From an uncultured Candidatus Binatia bacterium (GTDB lineage Bacteria > Desulfobacterota > Binatia > Bin18), in NCBI GenBank assembly GCA_965214605.1, contig OZ243961.1, forward strand, positions 1,216,001-1,280,000: DNA of 64,000 bases. The letters are read 5' to 3'. Under the pieces are notes generated by a model that saw only the letters and a program-made list of their open reading frames with translations, searched no databases and had not been told where the DNA came from. The position numbers and the translations under genes were made by a program. How positions within the stretch are numbered: position 1 is the stretch's first letter; every line of letters begins with the position of its first letter. Positions 10,946 through 20,831 of the stretch are shown piece after piece.

Positions 10946-12343
10946 TCAGGTGGTCATCATTGACTTCCTTGTTTCCAGGGTACGAAAAATCGCGTCCCGA
11001 GCTCGTCCATAGTCGGCTGGCAGCTCAACAGGCCGGTTGGCATGCCGAGAGGCGATACCCCGCAGCTTGCCCTCGTGGTAGCGACGTTTGAAATCAGTAA
11101 ACTTCAGGCCGTGGGCGGTGGAGATAATAATGACGCGTTGGCGAGCAGTGATCTCTCCTCGGTCGAGCAGCTTGAATAAGACGGCCAGCCCAACCCCGGT
11201 GTGGGGGCAGTTGAACAGGCCGGTCCGATCGGCCAGGGCCGCAGCATCGGCCAGCTCTTCCTCAGTCGCCTGCTCAACAATACTGTCAAACGCTTTCAGA
11301 ATCTTGATCGCCTTATGCACGCTGACCGGATCGCCAATCTGAATAGCCGAGGCCAGAGTTTTTTTGGCCCGTACCGGTCGATACGACTCAAAACCTTGGA
11401 CGTAACTCCGGTACAGCGGGTTGGCCCGAGCCGCCTGGGCGCACACCAAACGTGGCAACCGATTAATCATACCAACATCTCGCATCAGCAGAAATCCGCG
11501 ACCGACGGCCGTGATATTACCCAGGTTACCGCCCGGCACGATCACGACGTCGGGCACTTCCCAGTCAAACTGCTGAACGATCTCCAGCGAAATGGTCTTC
11601 TGGCCCTCCAGACGTAGACTATTCATGGAGTTGGCCAGATAGATATTTTCCTTGGTACACAGCTCGCGCACGACCCGCATACAGCCGTCAAAGTCGGTAT
11701 CCAAGGAGAGGGTCAGAGCGCCGTTGGCCATGGGTTGAATCAGCTGTGCGGTCGAGACCTTGTTCCGGGGCAAAATGACGATCGCTGGAATGCCGGCCGC
11801 GGCACAATAGGCGGCCAGAGCGGCCGAGGTATCGCCGGTCGAGGCGCACGCCACCGCCGGAATATGGGTGCCCTCGGCAATCATCTGCTTGACCATTGAG
11901 ATCAGGACGGTCATGCCCAGGTCTTTGAACGATCCGGTATGGGCGGTCCCACACTGCTTAACCCACAGGTCGTCAAGCCCGATCTGATGGCCCAGCCGTT
12001 CGGCCCAAAACAGGTTGGAGCCACCCTCGTAGGTGGATACGACATTATTGTTGTCCACTGCCGGACACACCATTTCCTTCTTGCCCCACACCCCACTGCC
12101 GTACGGATAGGTGGTGCGTCGGTAGCGATCGTCAAACAGCTGCTTCCACCGCTCGGCCGAGCGGGTTCTCAGCGCCTCCAGATTGTGCCGGACGTCGAGC
12201 AGACTCCCGCATTTGGGACAATAATAAATAATCTGATTGAGCGGCCACTGTCCGCTGCAGCCGGACGCACACCCAAACCAGGCCCGAAATGGGGGAGGTG
12301 TCGGCGATGGAGCCAGAGGTTCAGCAAACGCGCCGGCAGTCAT
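10946..12343 (-). CDS. thrC: Threonine synthase
   Basis: [13 protein letters not shown]-lysine motif, [16 protein letters not shown] and TAHGLKF. Confidence 0.95.
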   Translation of the reverse strand: MTAGAFAEPLAPSPTPPPFRAWFGCASGCSGQWPLNQIIYYCPKCGSLLDVRHNLEALRTRSAERWKQLFDDRYRRTTYPYGSGVWGKKEMVCPAVDNNNVVSTYEGGSNLFWAERLGHQIGLDDLWVKQCGTAHTGSFKDLGMTVLISMVKQMIAEGTHIPAVACASTGDTSAALAAYCAAAGIPAIVILPRNKVSTAQLIQPMANGALTLSLDTDFDGCMRVVRELCTKENIYLANSMNSLRLEGQKTISLEIVQQFDWEVPDVVIVPGGNLGNITAVGRGFLLMRDVGMINRLPRLVCAQAARANPLYRSYVQGFESYRPVRAKKTLASAIQIGDPVSVHKAIKILKAFDSIVEQATEEELADAAALADRTGLFNCPHTGVGLAVLFKLLDRGEITARQRVIIISTAHGLKFTDFKRRYHEGKLRGIASRHANRPVELPADYGRARDAIFRTLETRKSMMTT

Positions 12344-12373
12344 AAGACGTCTCCCTCCTTATCTCCAAGGCCG

Positions 12374-13693
12374 CTAGCCTAAATTTTCTTCAATGCGGAC
12401 ACACACCGCCTGGCCCTGGACAACAGAGAGCTGATTCACCTGCCGCAGAGCGGCTTTGAGATTGCGCTCACCCGCGGCATGAGTACGGATGACCAGGGGA
12501 ACAGACGCGTCCCCATTGCTGCGCCCGCGCTGAATGACGGAAGCGATGCTAATCGACTGCTCAGCTAAGAGACCGGCAATTGCGGCCAAGACCCCGGGTC
12601 GGTCGGCAACCTGAAAGCGCACGTAATACTCGCTCACCACCTCGTCTATAGGGCGAATCGGCACACTGCGCAACTCTTTCCAGGCATAGCCCAGACCGGG
12701 GAGCTGGTAGGCTGAGGCGAGGCCGTAGGTCCGGGTTGCCTCCATAATATCCGACACCACTGCCGCCGCAGTCGGCAGGCTGCCCGCTCCGCTACCAAAA
12801 TACAGCGATGACCCAAGTGCCCGACCCTGAACAAAAATCGCGTTATAGGCGCCGCCCACCCCGGCCAGCAGACTGCGCTGGGGCACCATAGTTGGATGGA
12901 CTCGCAGCTCAACCGCCCCGTCCTCTTGCTTAGCAATCGCCAGCAGCTTGATCTCGTAGCCGAATTCTCTGGCAAACAGGATATCAGTTTGGCTCAGCCG
13001 GCGGATACCCTCGGTGTAGACCGCATCAAAGGGGACCCGTACGCCAAAAGCCAGCATGGCCAGCAGGGTCAACTTCTGAGCCGCATCAATGCCGTCAATA
13101 TCAAAACTGGGATCGGCCTCGGCCAAACCGTTGTCCTGGGCGCTGCGTAGGGCCGTCTCAAACTCGGCATCCTGCTCCCGCATCATGGTCAAAATATAGT
13201 TGCAGGTGCCGTTCACAATCCCGAACAGGGCATGGTTGCGATCGGCCGCCAAACTCTCGCGCAGGGTACGCAGAATAGGGATCCCACCGGCCACGCTGCC
13301 CTCAAAGCCGAGCGACACGCCGCGCTCTTCGGCCGCCGAAAAAATCTCGTCGCCGTGTAACGCCAGCAGGGCTTTATTGGCGGTCACCACCGCCTTGCCA
13401 TCCTCAATGGCGGCCAGGAGCAAGGAGCGGGCCGGCTCAGTACCGCCGATCAGTTCGATCAGCAGATCAACCTCGGGGTCGTGAACCACCACCCAGGGAT
13501 CTGTTGACAGACGGACATCACCCAGGTCGGGGTGTGGTTTGGTATGAATGCTCCGGCTGGCCACGTGGACAAGCCGCAGACGGCAATGCCGTTTGCGGGC
13601 CAGCGCCTCGGCGTCCTGCTTCAGCAGGCGAACAACGCCGCTGCCCACCGTTCCTAGGCCGATGAGACCCAGCTTCAGCTCGTCCGCTGCCAC
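12374..13693 (-). CDS. hom: Homoserine dehydrogenase with C-terminal ACT domain
   Basis: [31 protein letters not shown] and ACT motif DRPGVLA. Confidence 0.95.
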   Translation of the reverse strand: MAADELKLGLIGLGTVGSGVVRLLKQDAEALARKRHCRLRLVHVASRSIHTKPHPDLGDVRLSTDPWVVVHDPEVDLLIELIGGTEPARSLLLAAIEDGKAVVTANKALLALHGDEIFSAAEERGVSLGFEGSVAGGIPILRTLRESLAADRNHALFGIVNGTCNYILTMMREQDAEFETALRSAQDNGLAEADPSFDIDGIDAAQKLTLLAMLAFGVRVPFDAVYTEGIRRLSQTDILFAREFGYEIKLLAIAKQEDGAVELRVHPTMVPQRSLLAGVGGAYNAIFVQGRALGSSLYFGSGAGSLPTAAAVVSDIMEATRTYGLASAYQLPGLGYAWKELRSVPIRPIDEVVSEYYVRFQVADRPGVLAAIAGLLAEQSISIASVIQRGRSNGDASVPLVIRTHAAGERNLKAALRQVNQLSVVQGQAVCVRIEENLG

Positions 13694-14901
13694 ATCGCCC
13701 CCGCGCTCGCGTCATGGACGTCAAGGTTGCCCACTCCGCCAAAGGCCTTTCGGATACCCCGGATGGCTTGGCGGGTACGATGCTCATTCTCAATCAGGGC
13801 AAAACGGACAAAGTCATCCCCATACGGCCCAAAACCGATACCCGGTGAGACCGATACCTTGGCCTCGGTCAGTAAAAATTTGGCAAAGTCCAGAGATCCC
13901 ATGTCGCGGAACGGCTCGGGCACCGGGGCCCAGACGAACATCGTGCCCTTGGGCTTTGGGATATGCCAGCCTACCCGTTCCAGCCCCTCAATCAGCGTAT
14001 CGCGTCGCAGCAGATAGCGCCGGCGAATTTCTTCAACGCAGTCCTGGGGTCCGTTCAGGGCGCAAATAGATGCGATCTGGATGGGTTGGAAAATACCGTA
14101 GTCAAAATAACTCTTCAGGCGGCTAAGCGCGGTCAGGACTTCGGAATTGCCACAGGCAAATCCGACCCGCCAGCCCGGCATATTGTACGATTTAGACAGG
14201 GTAAAAAATTCAACTCCTATATCCTTTGCGCCCGGCACCTGAAGAAAGCTCGGCGGGGTGTAGCCGTCAAAAAAGAGGTCGGCGTAAGCAAAATCATGCA
14301 CCACAAACAGATTATTATCCCGTGCAAAATCGACCACGCGCTCAAAGAACTCCAAGTCCACTACCGCGGTGGTTGGATTATGGGGAAAGTTGATCAACAG
14401 CATCTTTGGTTTCGGCCAGCACTGACGCACGGTTTCCTGCAGCGAGGCAAAGAAGTCTTCGCCGGGGATCAGCGGCACGACTCGCAGGTCGGCGTTGGCC
14501 ATCACAATCGAATACTGGTGGATGGGATAGGTTGGGCTGGGACAGATCGCGACCTCGCCCGGTCCCAGGATCGCTAGGGCTAGGTGCGACAGTCCCTCTT
14601 TTGAGCCGATCGTCACCACCGCTTCGGAGTCCGGATCGAGCTCAATATGAAAGCGGCGCTTGTACCAGTCACAAATCGCCAAGCGCAGCTTATAGATGCC
14701 ACGCGAGCTGGAGTAGCGGTGGTTCTGAGGTTTGTTGGCCGCCTCAACCAATTTATCCACCACGTGTTGAGGAGACGGTTGGTCGGGGTTACCCATGCCA
14801 AAATCAATAATATCCTCGCCTGCCCAGCGGGCCTCCATCTTCATCCTATCGAGGGTGGCGAACAGGTACGGCGGCAATCGTTTGATGCGGGGAAATTCCA
14901 T
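13675..14901 (-). CDS. alaC: Class I/II PLP aminotransferase, AlaC-like
   Basis: [25 protein letters not shown] and [12 protein letters not shown] motifs. Upstream of hom. Confidence 0.8.
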   Translation of the reverse strand: MEFPRIKRLPPYLFATLDRMKMEARWAGEDIIDFGMGNPDQPSPQHVVDKLVEAANKPQNHRYSSSRGIYKLRLAICDWYKRRFHIELDPDSEAVVTIGSKEGLSHLALAILGPGEVAICPSPTYPIHQYSIVMANADLRVVPLIPGEDFFASLQETVRQCWPKPKMLLINFPHNPTTAVVDLEFFERVVDFARDNNLFVVHDFAYADLFFDGYTPPSFLQVPGAKDIGVEFFTLSKSYNMPGWRVGFACGNSEVLTALSRLKSYFDYGIFQPIQIASICALNGPQDCVEEIRRRYLLRRDTLIEGLERVGWHIPKPKGTMFVWAPVPEPFRDMGSLDFAKFLLTEAKVSVSPGIGFGPYGDDFVRFALIENEHRTRQAIRGIRKAFGGVGNLDVHDASAGAMWQRTS

Positions 14902-15092
14902 GCGGGTTCAACCCACCTTTGTGTAAAACCTTTGAGTCTGAGCGATCTTAAGTACGCCCCGCGGCGTGCGTTGACGGTCTGTATGGGTATAGTTGATTTC
15001 AGGCACAGGGTCAAACACGCTCAGAATTGAACCACCCGATCTGACACCCTACGATCGTCTGGAAAGCAACGCCCACCAACCTAAACGAGTAG

Positions 15093-15170
15093 GCTGCCAC
15101 GGTCGGCTATGTGGCGTGTGGTCGACGCGCTGCGGGGTAGTGTGGACCCGCTCCGGTACCGAGACAAATC
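15093..15170 (+). pseudogene. hsdM: Remnant of the type I R-M methyltransferase HsdM N-terminus
   Basis: Reads AATVGY / (frameshift) WRVVDALRGSVDPLRYRD, resembling the HsdM N-terminal pattern ATVGYExxLWxxADALRGSMDxxEY. The rest of the gene is missing. Confidence 0.6.
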
Positions 15171-15719
15171 GCAAGCCCTAAGGTTCACGAATCGGTCACG
15201 CCCATCAACACCGCCCATACTGAGGCGCTGGCCGACGGGCGGGGGGCGGCATTCCGCACCCTGGCTGGCGGCGATTCGCAGGCGGGGACGCCGTCCGCTC
15301 GCGCGTCGTCAGCGTCAAGGAGGGGGCACGCGGGCCGGAAGAGAGCGAAGCCCGTGGCGCAGCCGGCCCCCCGAGGGCGCTAGGAACCGCCCCCCTGCAG
15401 GACCCTCTTCCGTTCGGCTGCCAAGACCTGTTGCCGCCGGCGCAGGGGCGTTGCGACTTCTGACGACCGATCCGGCGGGAAGCCCCGGCGCTGGCCACCA
15501 GAGGGGCACCGCCGAGAGCTGGGGACTGCGGGGGTCGGGTGGCCCGGGCCCTCCCGGCAATGCCATCCGACCCATTGACCGTTTCGTCCTGCAGGATTCC
15601 CCGAGTTCTTTGCTGAGCGAAACGTGCGTCTGGGGAGCGTGGCTGCTGCAGAGCTTGCCCTCCGAGACAGAGCGGACGCTATGGAGTGGAGGAATGAAGA
15701 AGAAGCGGGGTGGAACAGG

Positions 15720-16810
15720 CAAGGGATCCGAGCATGACGTCAAGGCGATTAGGAGGACTAGGACGCTTGGAATAGACGCGGGATACCCCGCCAAAAGGAT
15801 ACGGAGCCGGCCTGTTCAGAGATACCGTTTGGTCGTGCGAGAAACATCAAGAAGAGTTTTCAATGTGACGGCACTAATTGTTTCCCAGAAACGAACGTTA
15901 ATCGTCCACGAGACAAGATAAGCGAGTCTAGGCACCCTTGTTTTCTTGTTGATAAGGAACTGTGGGATGATTTGCCTTTGTCCAAAAAGATATGCCCTGT
16001 CGGTTTATTCTCCGCGGTTGTGTTTCCGGAGGTCGCTGGACCACAGACTGATTGATCCTCGCTTCCTGTTCTTCTAGATGTCTGGTCGCGAACTTCTCTT
16101 TCAATTCAAGGAAGTCGGAGGGAAAACAGACTATGGCTGCATAGGTCAGCCTTCAGGATCAGCGTCATATGGCCCCTTCCCTCCCCACCTCTCTCCAAAC
16201 AACGCGCCCTCATCCATCTCTTGGGCACCCTCGACGACAAATTGAACCGGCAGATGAACAAAACCCTAGAAGAAGTGGCTTGAGTGCTGTTCACCTCCTA
16301 GTTTGTCACGTTTGACCTGGTCTCTACCAAAGCCATGGGCTCAAGGGAATGGAGCTGGAGAGGTGACGGTGGGAGACGCGTAGCCGTGCCTATCTGGATC
16401 GTATAGACGAGCCGCATTGCGGCCCTGTTCCCGGCACGACCATGTCGGCTGGCATGATGAGCCGTTCATCCGAGGATCGAGCATCATTATGGGCTATGAG
16501 GAGAATCCGGGAACGGTTATCTGGGCCGCCAGCGCTTGCTTTTTCCCATCGACACGCCCTCTGTCGTTCCCAAGGACCGTACAGCCTGCCCTTTCTGGGC
16601 TACGCCTTAAGGACAAGGACTACCCTCTACTACTGTGAAGTCCGCGGTGCCCGGCTTGAACCGGAACCGAGCCTAGCTGAACAAATAGGTGACGCCCCTC
16701 TTTGTGCGTCGGCATAGCCTAGTAGGAAGAGAGCCATACCTTGGCTGCCCTGCCGGATACACTGCTGCCTAAGCTAGTATTGGGGGAGGTGCGGGGAAAG
16801 GGCAGATACT
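15720..16810 (+). pseudogene. hsdS: Decayed type I R-M specificity subunit HsdS with multiple stops and frameshifts
   Basis: From 16191: LSKQRALIHLLGTLDDKLNRQMNKTLEEVA*VLFTS*FVTFD (central conserved region). Near 16440: VGWHDEP...NPGTV...FFPIDT. Near 16640: SAVPGLNRN. At 16726-16800: EESHTLAALPDTLLPKLVLGEVR (C-terminal conserved region). Confidence 0.85.
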
Positions 16811-17122
16811 CTCATGCTGCTGGCTTTCTGATTCGTATGCTCTGTCGGCTGGGCGGAAGGGCTTTTTTATGATGTCGGCCCTATCTCGAGACCAAATCCT
16901 CAGCCCGTTAATACAGCACACGTTACCTAGGACATCTATATTGTCAGGTTCTGTCACAGTGTCGCGCGCACGATATCTCTAGTTCAACCAGAAATCCGTC
17001 ATCCTCAGCTCAGCGTAGTTATAAGCAACTCTCTCATTTTCTTGTGAGCAAAAAAACTGACAATCTGAGGAAGATAGAGAGACGGGAATGATAAAGTAGG
17101 GCGCATGCGCTTAGGAGGCGAT

Positions 17123-17250
17123 GTGACCGTCTTCACCGAATCCACTGCCGAACAGACTGCCCCCGGCTGGCTGGAAAGTCTGGTATGGAGCGTGGCTGGC
17201 GTCGCCTCCACTCCATCGCACCCAGGCGACCATCTCGACGTGGCCTTGTA
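17123..17250 (+). pseudogene. hsdR: Remnant of the type I R-M endonuclease HsdR N-terminus
   Basis: AGGAGG plus GTG, then TVFTESTAEQTAPGWLESLVWSVA, matching the HsdR start pattern FTESxVEQAALxWLESLGW. Truncated. Confidence 0.65.
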
Positions 17251-17291
17251 TTCCTCGACAAGCTCAAGAAGACCCATGATGGCCGCCTTCG

Positions 17292-18140
17292 CTATTTCTT
17301 CATCCGCAGGCCCAATGCATAGACCTCCCGCTTGGGCCGGCTGTAGCGCTCGCTCAGCAGCTTGGCGATGTCTTTGAGCGGCAGGCCAGTAGCGGCCAGC
17401 CGGTCGATCTCGTGGCTGAGGGTCTGCTCGTCGGGCGGAGGCTGGGGCTCGGAACAGCCAGCGATCAGCAGAGCCACTTCACCCTTGATGGGCCGGTCGC
17501 GCAGCCGCGCTTGCAGCTCGCTCAGTCGGCCGCGTAGCACTTCTTCAAAGCGCTTGGTCAGCTCGCGACCAATGACGGCCCTGCGGTCGCCGAAAATATC
17601 GCACAGGTCGGTCAGGCTTTCGGCGAAACGGTGGGGGGATTCAAAGACCACAATAGTGCGGGTTTCGGACTGTAAACGCTGCAAGGCTTTGCGCCGCTGG
17701 GCCGGTCTAGCCGGCAGGAAACCTTCAAAGACGCAGCGGTCGGTCGGCAGGCCGCCTATGCTTAGCAGGGCGGTCAGGATGGACGGGCCGGGCAGCGGAA
17801 CTACCGCAACACCGGCCTGCCAGGCGGCCCGCACCAGGCGGTAGCCGGGGTCAGCAATACCGGGCGTACCGGCGTTGCTGACCAGAGCGAGGGACTGGCC
17901 GGCCAGTAGCTTGGCGATCAGGGCCGGCGCTTTAGCGTGTTCAATCTGATCGTAGTAGCTAGTCAGCGGCGTGGCAACGTGATAGCGGCTCAGCAACCTG
18001 CGGGTATGACGGGTATCCTCAGCTGCAATCAGGTCAACTTCTTTGAGGACGCGCAGCGCACGCAGGGTGATGTCTTCCAGATTGCCGATAGGCGTGGCCA
18101 CCACATACAGGGCGCCCGGCTTGGGGGGCTGAGGGTTCAC
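17292..18140 (-). CDS. rsmI: 16S rRNA (cytidine1402-2'-O)-methyltransferase
   Basis: LYVVATPIGNLEDIT, AEDTR, AGTPGIADPG, FESPHR and RELTKRFEE motifs. Confidence 0.95.
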   Translation of the reverse strand: MNPQPPKPGALYVVATPIGNLEDITLRALRVLKEVDLIAAEDTRHTRRLLSRYHVATPLTSYYDQIEHAKAPALIAKLLAGQSLALVSNAGTPGIADPGYRLVRAAWQAGVAVVPLPGPSILTALLSIGGLPTDRCVFEGFLPARPAQRRKALQRLQSETRTIVVFESPHRFAESLTDLCDIFGDRRAVIGRELTKRFEEVLRGRLSELQARLRDRPIKGEVALLIAGCSEPQPPPDEQTLSHEIDRLAATGLPLKDIAKLLSERYSRPKREVYALGLRMKK

Positions 18141-18145
18141 CCGGC

Positions 18146-18928
18146 CTAGCCCATTAGGCCCTGATTTGCTCCGCCGTCAATAGTGATGTTCGCCCCGTGA
18201 ATAAATGCCGCTCGGTCTGAGGCCAGGAACAGGATCAGGTCAGCGACTTCTTCGGGCTGGCCGACCCGACCGATGGGGGTCATCTTTTGCAGGGCTTCTT
18301 CCGGGCTACCACTCTTGGGGCTAAAGGTCGAAATGAAGCGCTGTAAGCGCTCGGTTAAGATGGGACCTGGGTTCACCCCGACTACCCGGACCTTGCTTCT
18401 GGACCCTTCATCGGCCAAGGCCTTGGTAAAATGGTTGAGCGCAGCGTTGGCCGCTCCGCCGATCATATAGCTTCCCATCGGCTTGAGCGCTCCGGTGCCA
18501 ATGACATTGATAATCACCCCGCTCTGCTGTTGCTGCATATGCGGCAAGACCGCCCGGGCCATACGCATATAGCCAAAAAATTTGAGCGTCCAATCGTCCA
18601 GCCAGGCTTCATCGGAGAGCTTTAAAAAATCCCCCGGACGGGCGCTGCCGGCATTATTGACCAAAATATCAATCCGACCGAACTCCTGGATGCAGCGCGC
18701 CGCCACCGTCTTGATCACATCGCCCTGCGTCAGGTCGGCCTGCATGGCGAGAAGCCTCCCCGCGCCCTGCGCACCGACTAGCCTGCCCGTCTCATCCAAG
18801 GCTTCTTGCCCCCGCGCGCACACCAGGACCGACGCACCTTCGGCAATAAAGCTGAGTGCCGTGGCCCGCCCAATGCCTTTACTGCCGCCGGTCACAATAG
18901 CGACTTTCCCCTCTAGATTGAGTTGCAT
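18146..18928 (-). CDS. Short-chain dehydrogenase/reductase
   Basis: TGGSKGIG, LVNNAG and NPGPI motifs. The catalytic YxxxK is not evident, so this may be an atypical SDR. Confidence 0.85.
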   Translation of the reverse strand: MQLNLEGKVAIVTGGSKGIGRATALSFIAEGASVLVCARGQEALDETGRLVGAQGAGRLLAMQADLTQGDVIKTVAARCIQEFGRIDILVNNAGSARPGDFLKLSDEAWLDDWTLKFFGYMRMARAVLPHMQQQQSGVIINVIGTGALKPMGSYMIGGAANAALNHFTKALADEGSRSKVRVVGVNPGPILTERLQRFISTFSPKSGSPEEALQKMTPIGRVGQPEEVADLILFLASDRAAFIHGANITIDGGANQGLMG

Positions 18929-18936
18929 ATGACCTC

Positions 18937-19347
18937 CTACACGGGCCTGAACTTGGGAATATACACGTCGGGCTCGTGCTCTTCGAACACCACTTCGACC
19001 GGCATGCCGATGGTGATGGCGTCGTTCTGCACGTCCTCCAGACTGCTGACCATGATGAGTTCGGGGTCTTCGTCAAGCTGGACCTGGACCACGTTATACG
19101 GCACCTTGTCCCTGGCCGCCGGATGAATTGGATGAGTGATAATCGTGTACGAATAGACCTTGCCCCTGCCGCTGACCCTGACCCACTCGCGTCCCAAGAC
19201 CTGACACGGCCCAAACAGGTTTGGCGGATACCACTGCCCGGACTCCTTGTGCCGCTGCATCCATAACTCGCTGCGTTTACAGCCGTCCCAGTATTCCTGG
19301 GCGTCAAAGCTAGGAATGGGACGGGGAAAGTTCGGAGTGTCTGCCAT
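18937..19347 (-). CDS. DUF35 / ChsH2-like Zn-ribbon OB-fold protein
   Basis: SGRGKVYSYT, VPY.VVQVQLDEDP and IGMPVEVVF motifs. Confidence 0.85.
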   Translation of the reverse strand: MADTPNFPRPIPSFDAQEYWDGCKRSELWMQRHKESGQWYPPNLFGPCQVLGREWVRVSGRGKVYSYTIITHPIHPAARDKVPYNVVQVQLDEDPELIMVSSLEDVQNDAITIGMPVEVVFEEHEPDVYIPKFRPV

Positions 19348-19403
19348 GGCGTGTGTCCTCCTTAATGATGAACCTCTCCTTTATCGCATCGGTCGGGATG
19401 TCT

Positions 19404-20831
19404 CTAGTCATGTCTATCCGTGGCCAAGCGCCGGACACAGTCTTTGAACAGCCGGCCGCGTTCTTCGTAATCTTTGAACAGCCCAAAACTCGGAGAAGCC
19501 GGAGAGTGTAAACAGATTTTACCCGGCTCAGTATACGCATAGGCCAGGCGGACGGCCTGTTCCATACTGTCAACAAAGAAGGCCCGAGGACTTCGGCTCG
19601 ACATCTCGTCCCGGTGGACGCAGATAGTCCTCCAGATCCGCTGGCCGCTAGCTGGAAACAGAATCAAGTTCTTGACCCGGCCGCTGACCAATCTACCGGC
19701 TAGCTCGGAGAAGTCCACATGTCGGTCATGGCCGCCCAACAGGACCGTTTGCACGTCCGGACCAAGAGTGTCGAGGTGGGCCAGAGTTGCCTCGGGGACA
19801 GTCGCCAGCGGGGCGTTATAAAAGGTGATGCCACGGTAGGGTCCGAGCAACTCAAAGCGATGCTCAAGGGGTTGGAAGTTGCGTATGGCCCCGATTACAT
19901 GGTCGGTCTTGACGCCTAATAACCGACCCGTTGCCACCGCCGCCAGTACGTTGGGCAGATTAAAGTGACCCGGCAGGAGAATGTCTTTGACCGCCAGTAG
20001 CGGTTCTTCTCGACCCATGGCTGAACGGAACACAATCTTGTCCGATGACACAAAATAGCCCTGCTCTAATCGCTGCTGGGCAGAAAAAGGGACGGTCTGA
20101 GCGCTGGAGTCGGCCGCCGCTCGACTCAACCGGGCGGATTCGGCGTTATAGACCAGATAATCCCCAGCCGACTGGTAGCGGGCCATATTCAGCTTGGCCC
20201 GCACATAGTGCTCAAAGCTCGGGTAGTAATCCAGATGATCGGGCATGATATTCAGCAACACGGCAATATGTGGCCCCTGCCGGAGGCCCTCCAACTGGTG
20301 CGAAGACAGCTCATACACAAAAATGGTCCGGGCATCGGTGTCGGAGAAGATGTCCAGCGGCGGTCGGCCAATGTTGCCGACTAGGCGGGCGTCGATTCCG
20401 CCGCTGCGTAGGATGGCGTGGGTGAGCGCAGCGGTCGTGCTCTTGCCCTTGGTGCCAGTAATGCCGATAACTGTCCCGCTGCAGTTGCTGAAGAACAGCG
20501 CGGTGTGTGAAGTCAGCTTGCCCAGCGCCCCGGCCCGCTGAATAGCAGGCTGGGTAGGAGGAATACCGGGGGATTTGATAATGACGTCATAGTCGTCCAG
20601 GCTGTTCAGATAATTCGCCCCCAGGTGAAGACGCAACCGCCCGGACTGCGCGCGTATCAGATCCTTGACCTGGGCGCTTAGCCCATCAAACTCAGTCCGA
20701 TCGGCCAGACCGAAGCGTTTGTTGGGAAAGCGGCGGCACAAAAAGCCGAGCGTCGACAGCCCCTCTTGGCCGAGCCCCAGAATGAGGACTGACAACGGTC
20801 CGAGTGCCGCAAACTTCATCGTTCGGCTCAC
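19404..20831 (-). CDS. murD: UDP-MurNAc-L-Ala--glutamate ligase (MurD, probably L-Glu-adding MurD2)
   Basis: KSPGIP, GITGTKGKSTT, GNIG, ELSS, DHLDY, HRFE and SPASPSFGLFKDYEERG motifs. Overlaps murL. Confidence 0.88.
   Translation of the reverse strand: MSRTMKFAALGPLSVLILGLGQEGLSTLGFLCRRFPNKRFGLADRTEFDGLSAQVKDLIRAQSGRLRLHLGANYLNSLDDYDVIIKSPGIPPTQPAIQRAGALGKLTSHTALFFSNCSGTVIGITGTKGKSTTAALTHAILRSGGIDARLVGNIGRPPLDIFSDTDARTIFVYELSSHQLEGLRQGPHIAVLLNIMPDHLDYYPSFEHYVRAKLNMARYQSAGDYLVYNAESARLSRAAADSSAQTVPFSAQQRLEQGYFVSSDKIVFRSAMGREEPLLAVKDILLPGHFNLPNVLAAVATGRLLGVKTDHVIGAIRNFQPLEHRFELLGPYRGITFYNAPLATVPEATLAHLDTLGPDVQTVLLGGHDRHVDFSELAGRLVSGRVKNLILFPASGQRIWRTICVHRDEMSSRSPRAFFVDSMEQAVRLAYAYTEPGKICLHSPASPSFGLFKDYEERGRLFKDCVRRLATDRHD

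Noticed and set aside
12349-12359. 11-nt complementarity (GTCTCCCTCCT) between the candidate sRNA loop (52030-52040) and the thrC ribosome-binding site
   Set aside because: Anti-SD sequences match many RBSs by nature and ThrC is not an iron protein. Not accepted as a target without genome-wide statistics.
15109-15921. 270-aa ORF in the ORF track
   Set aside because: A chance open frame stitching together the hsdM stub, GC-rich filler and out-of-frame hsdS remains.
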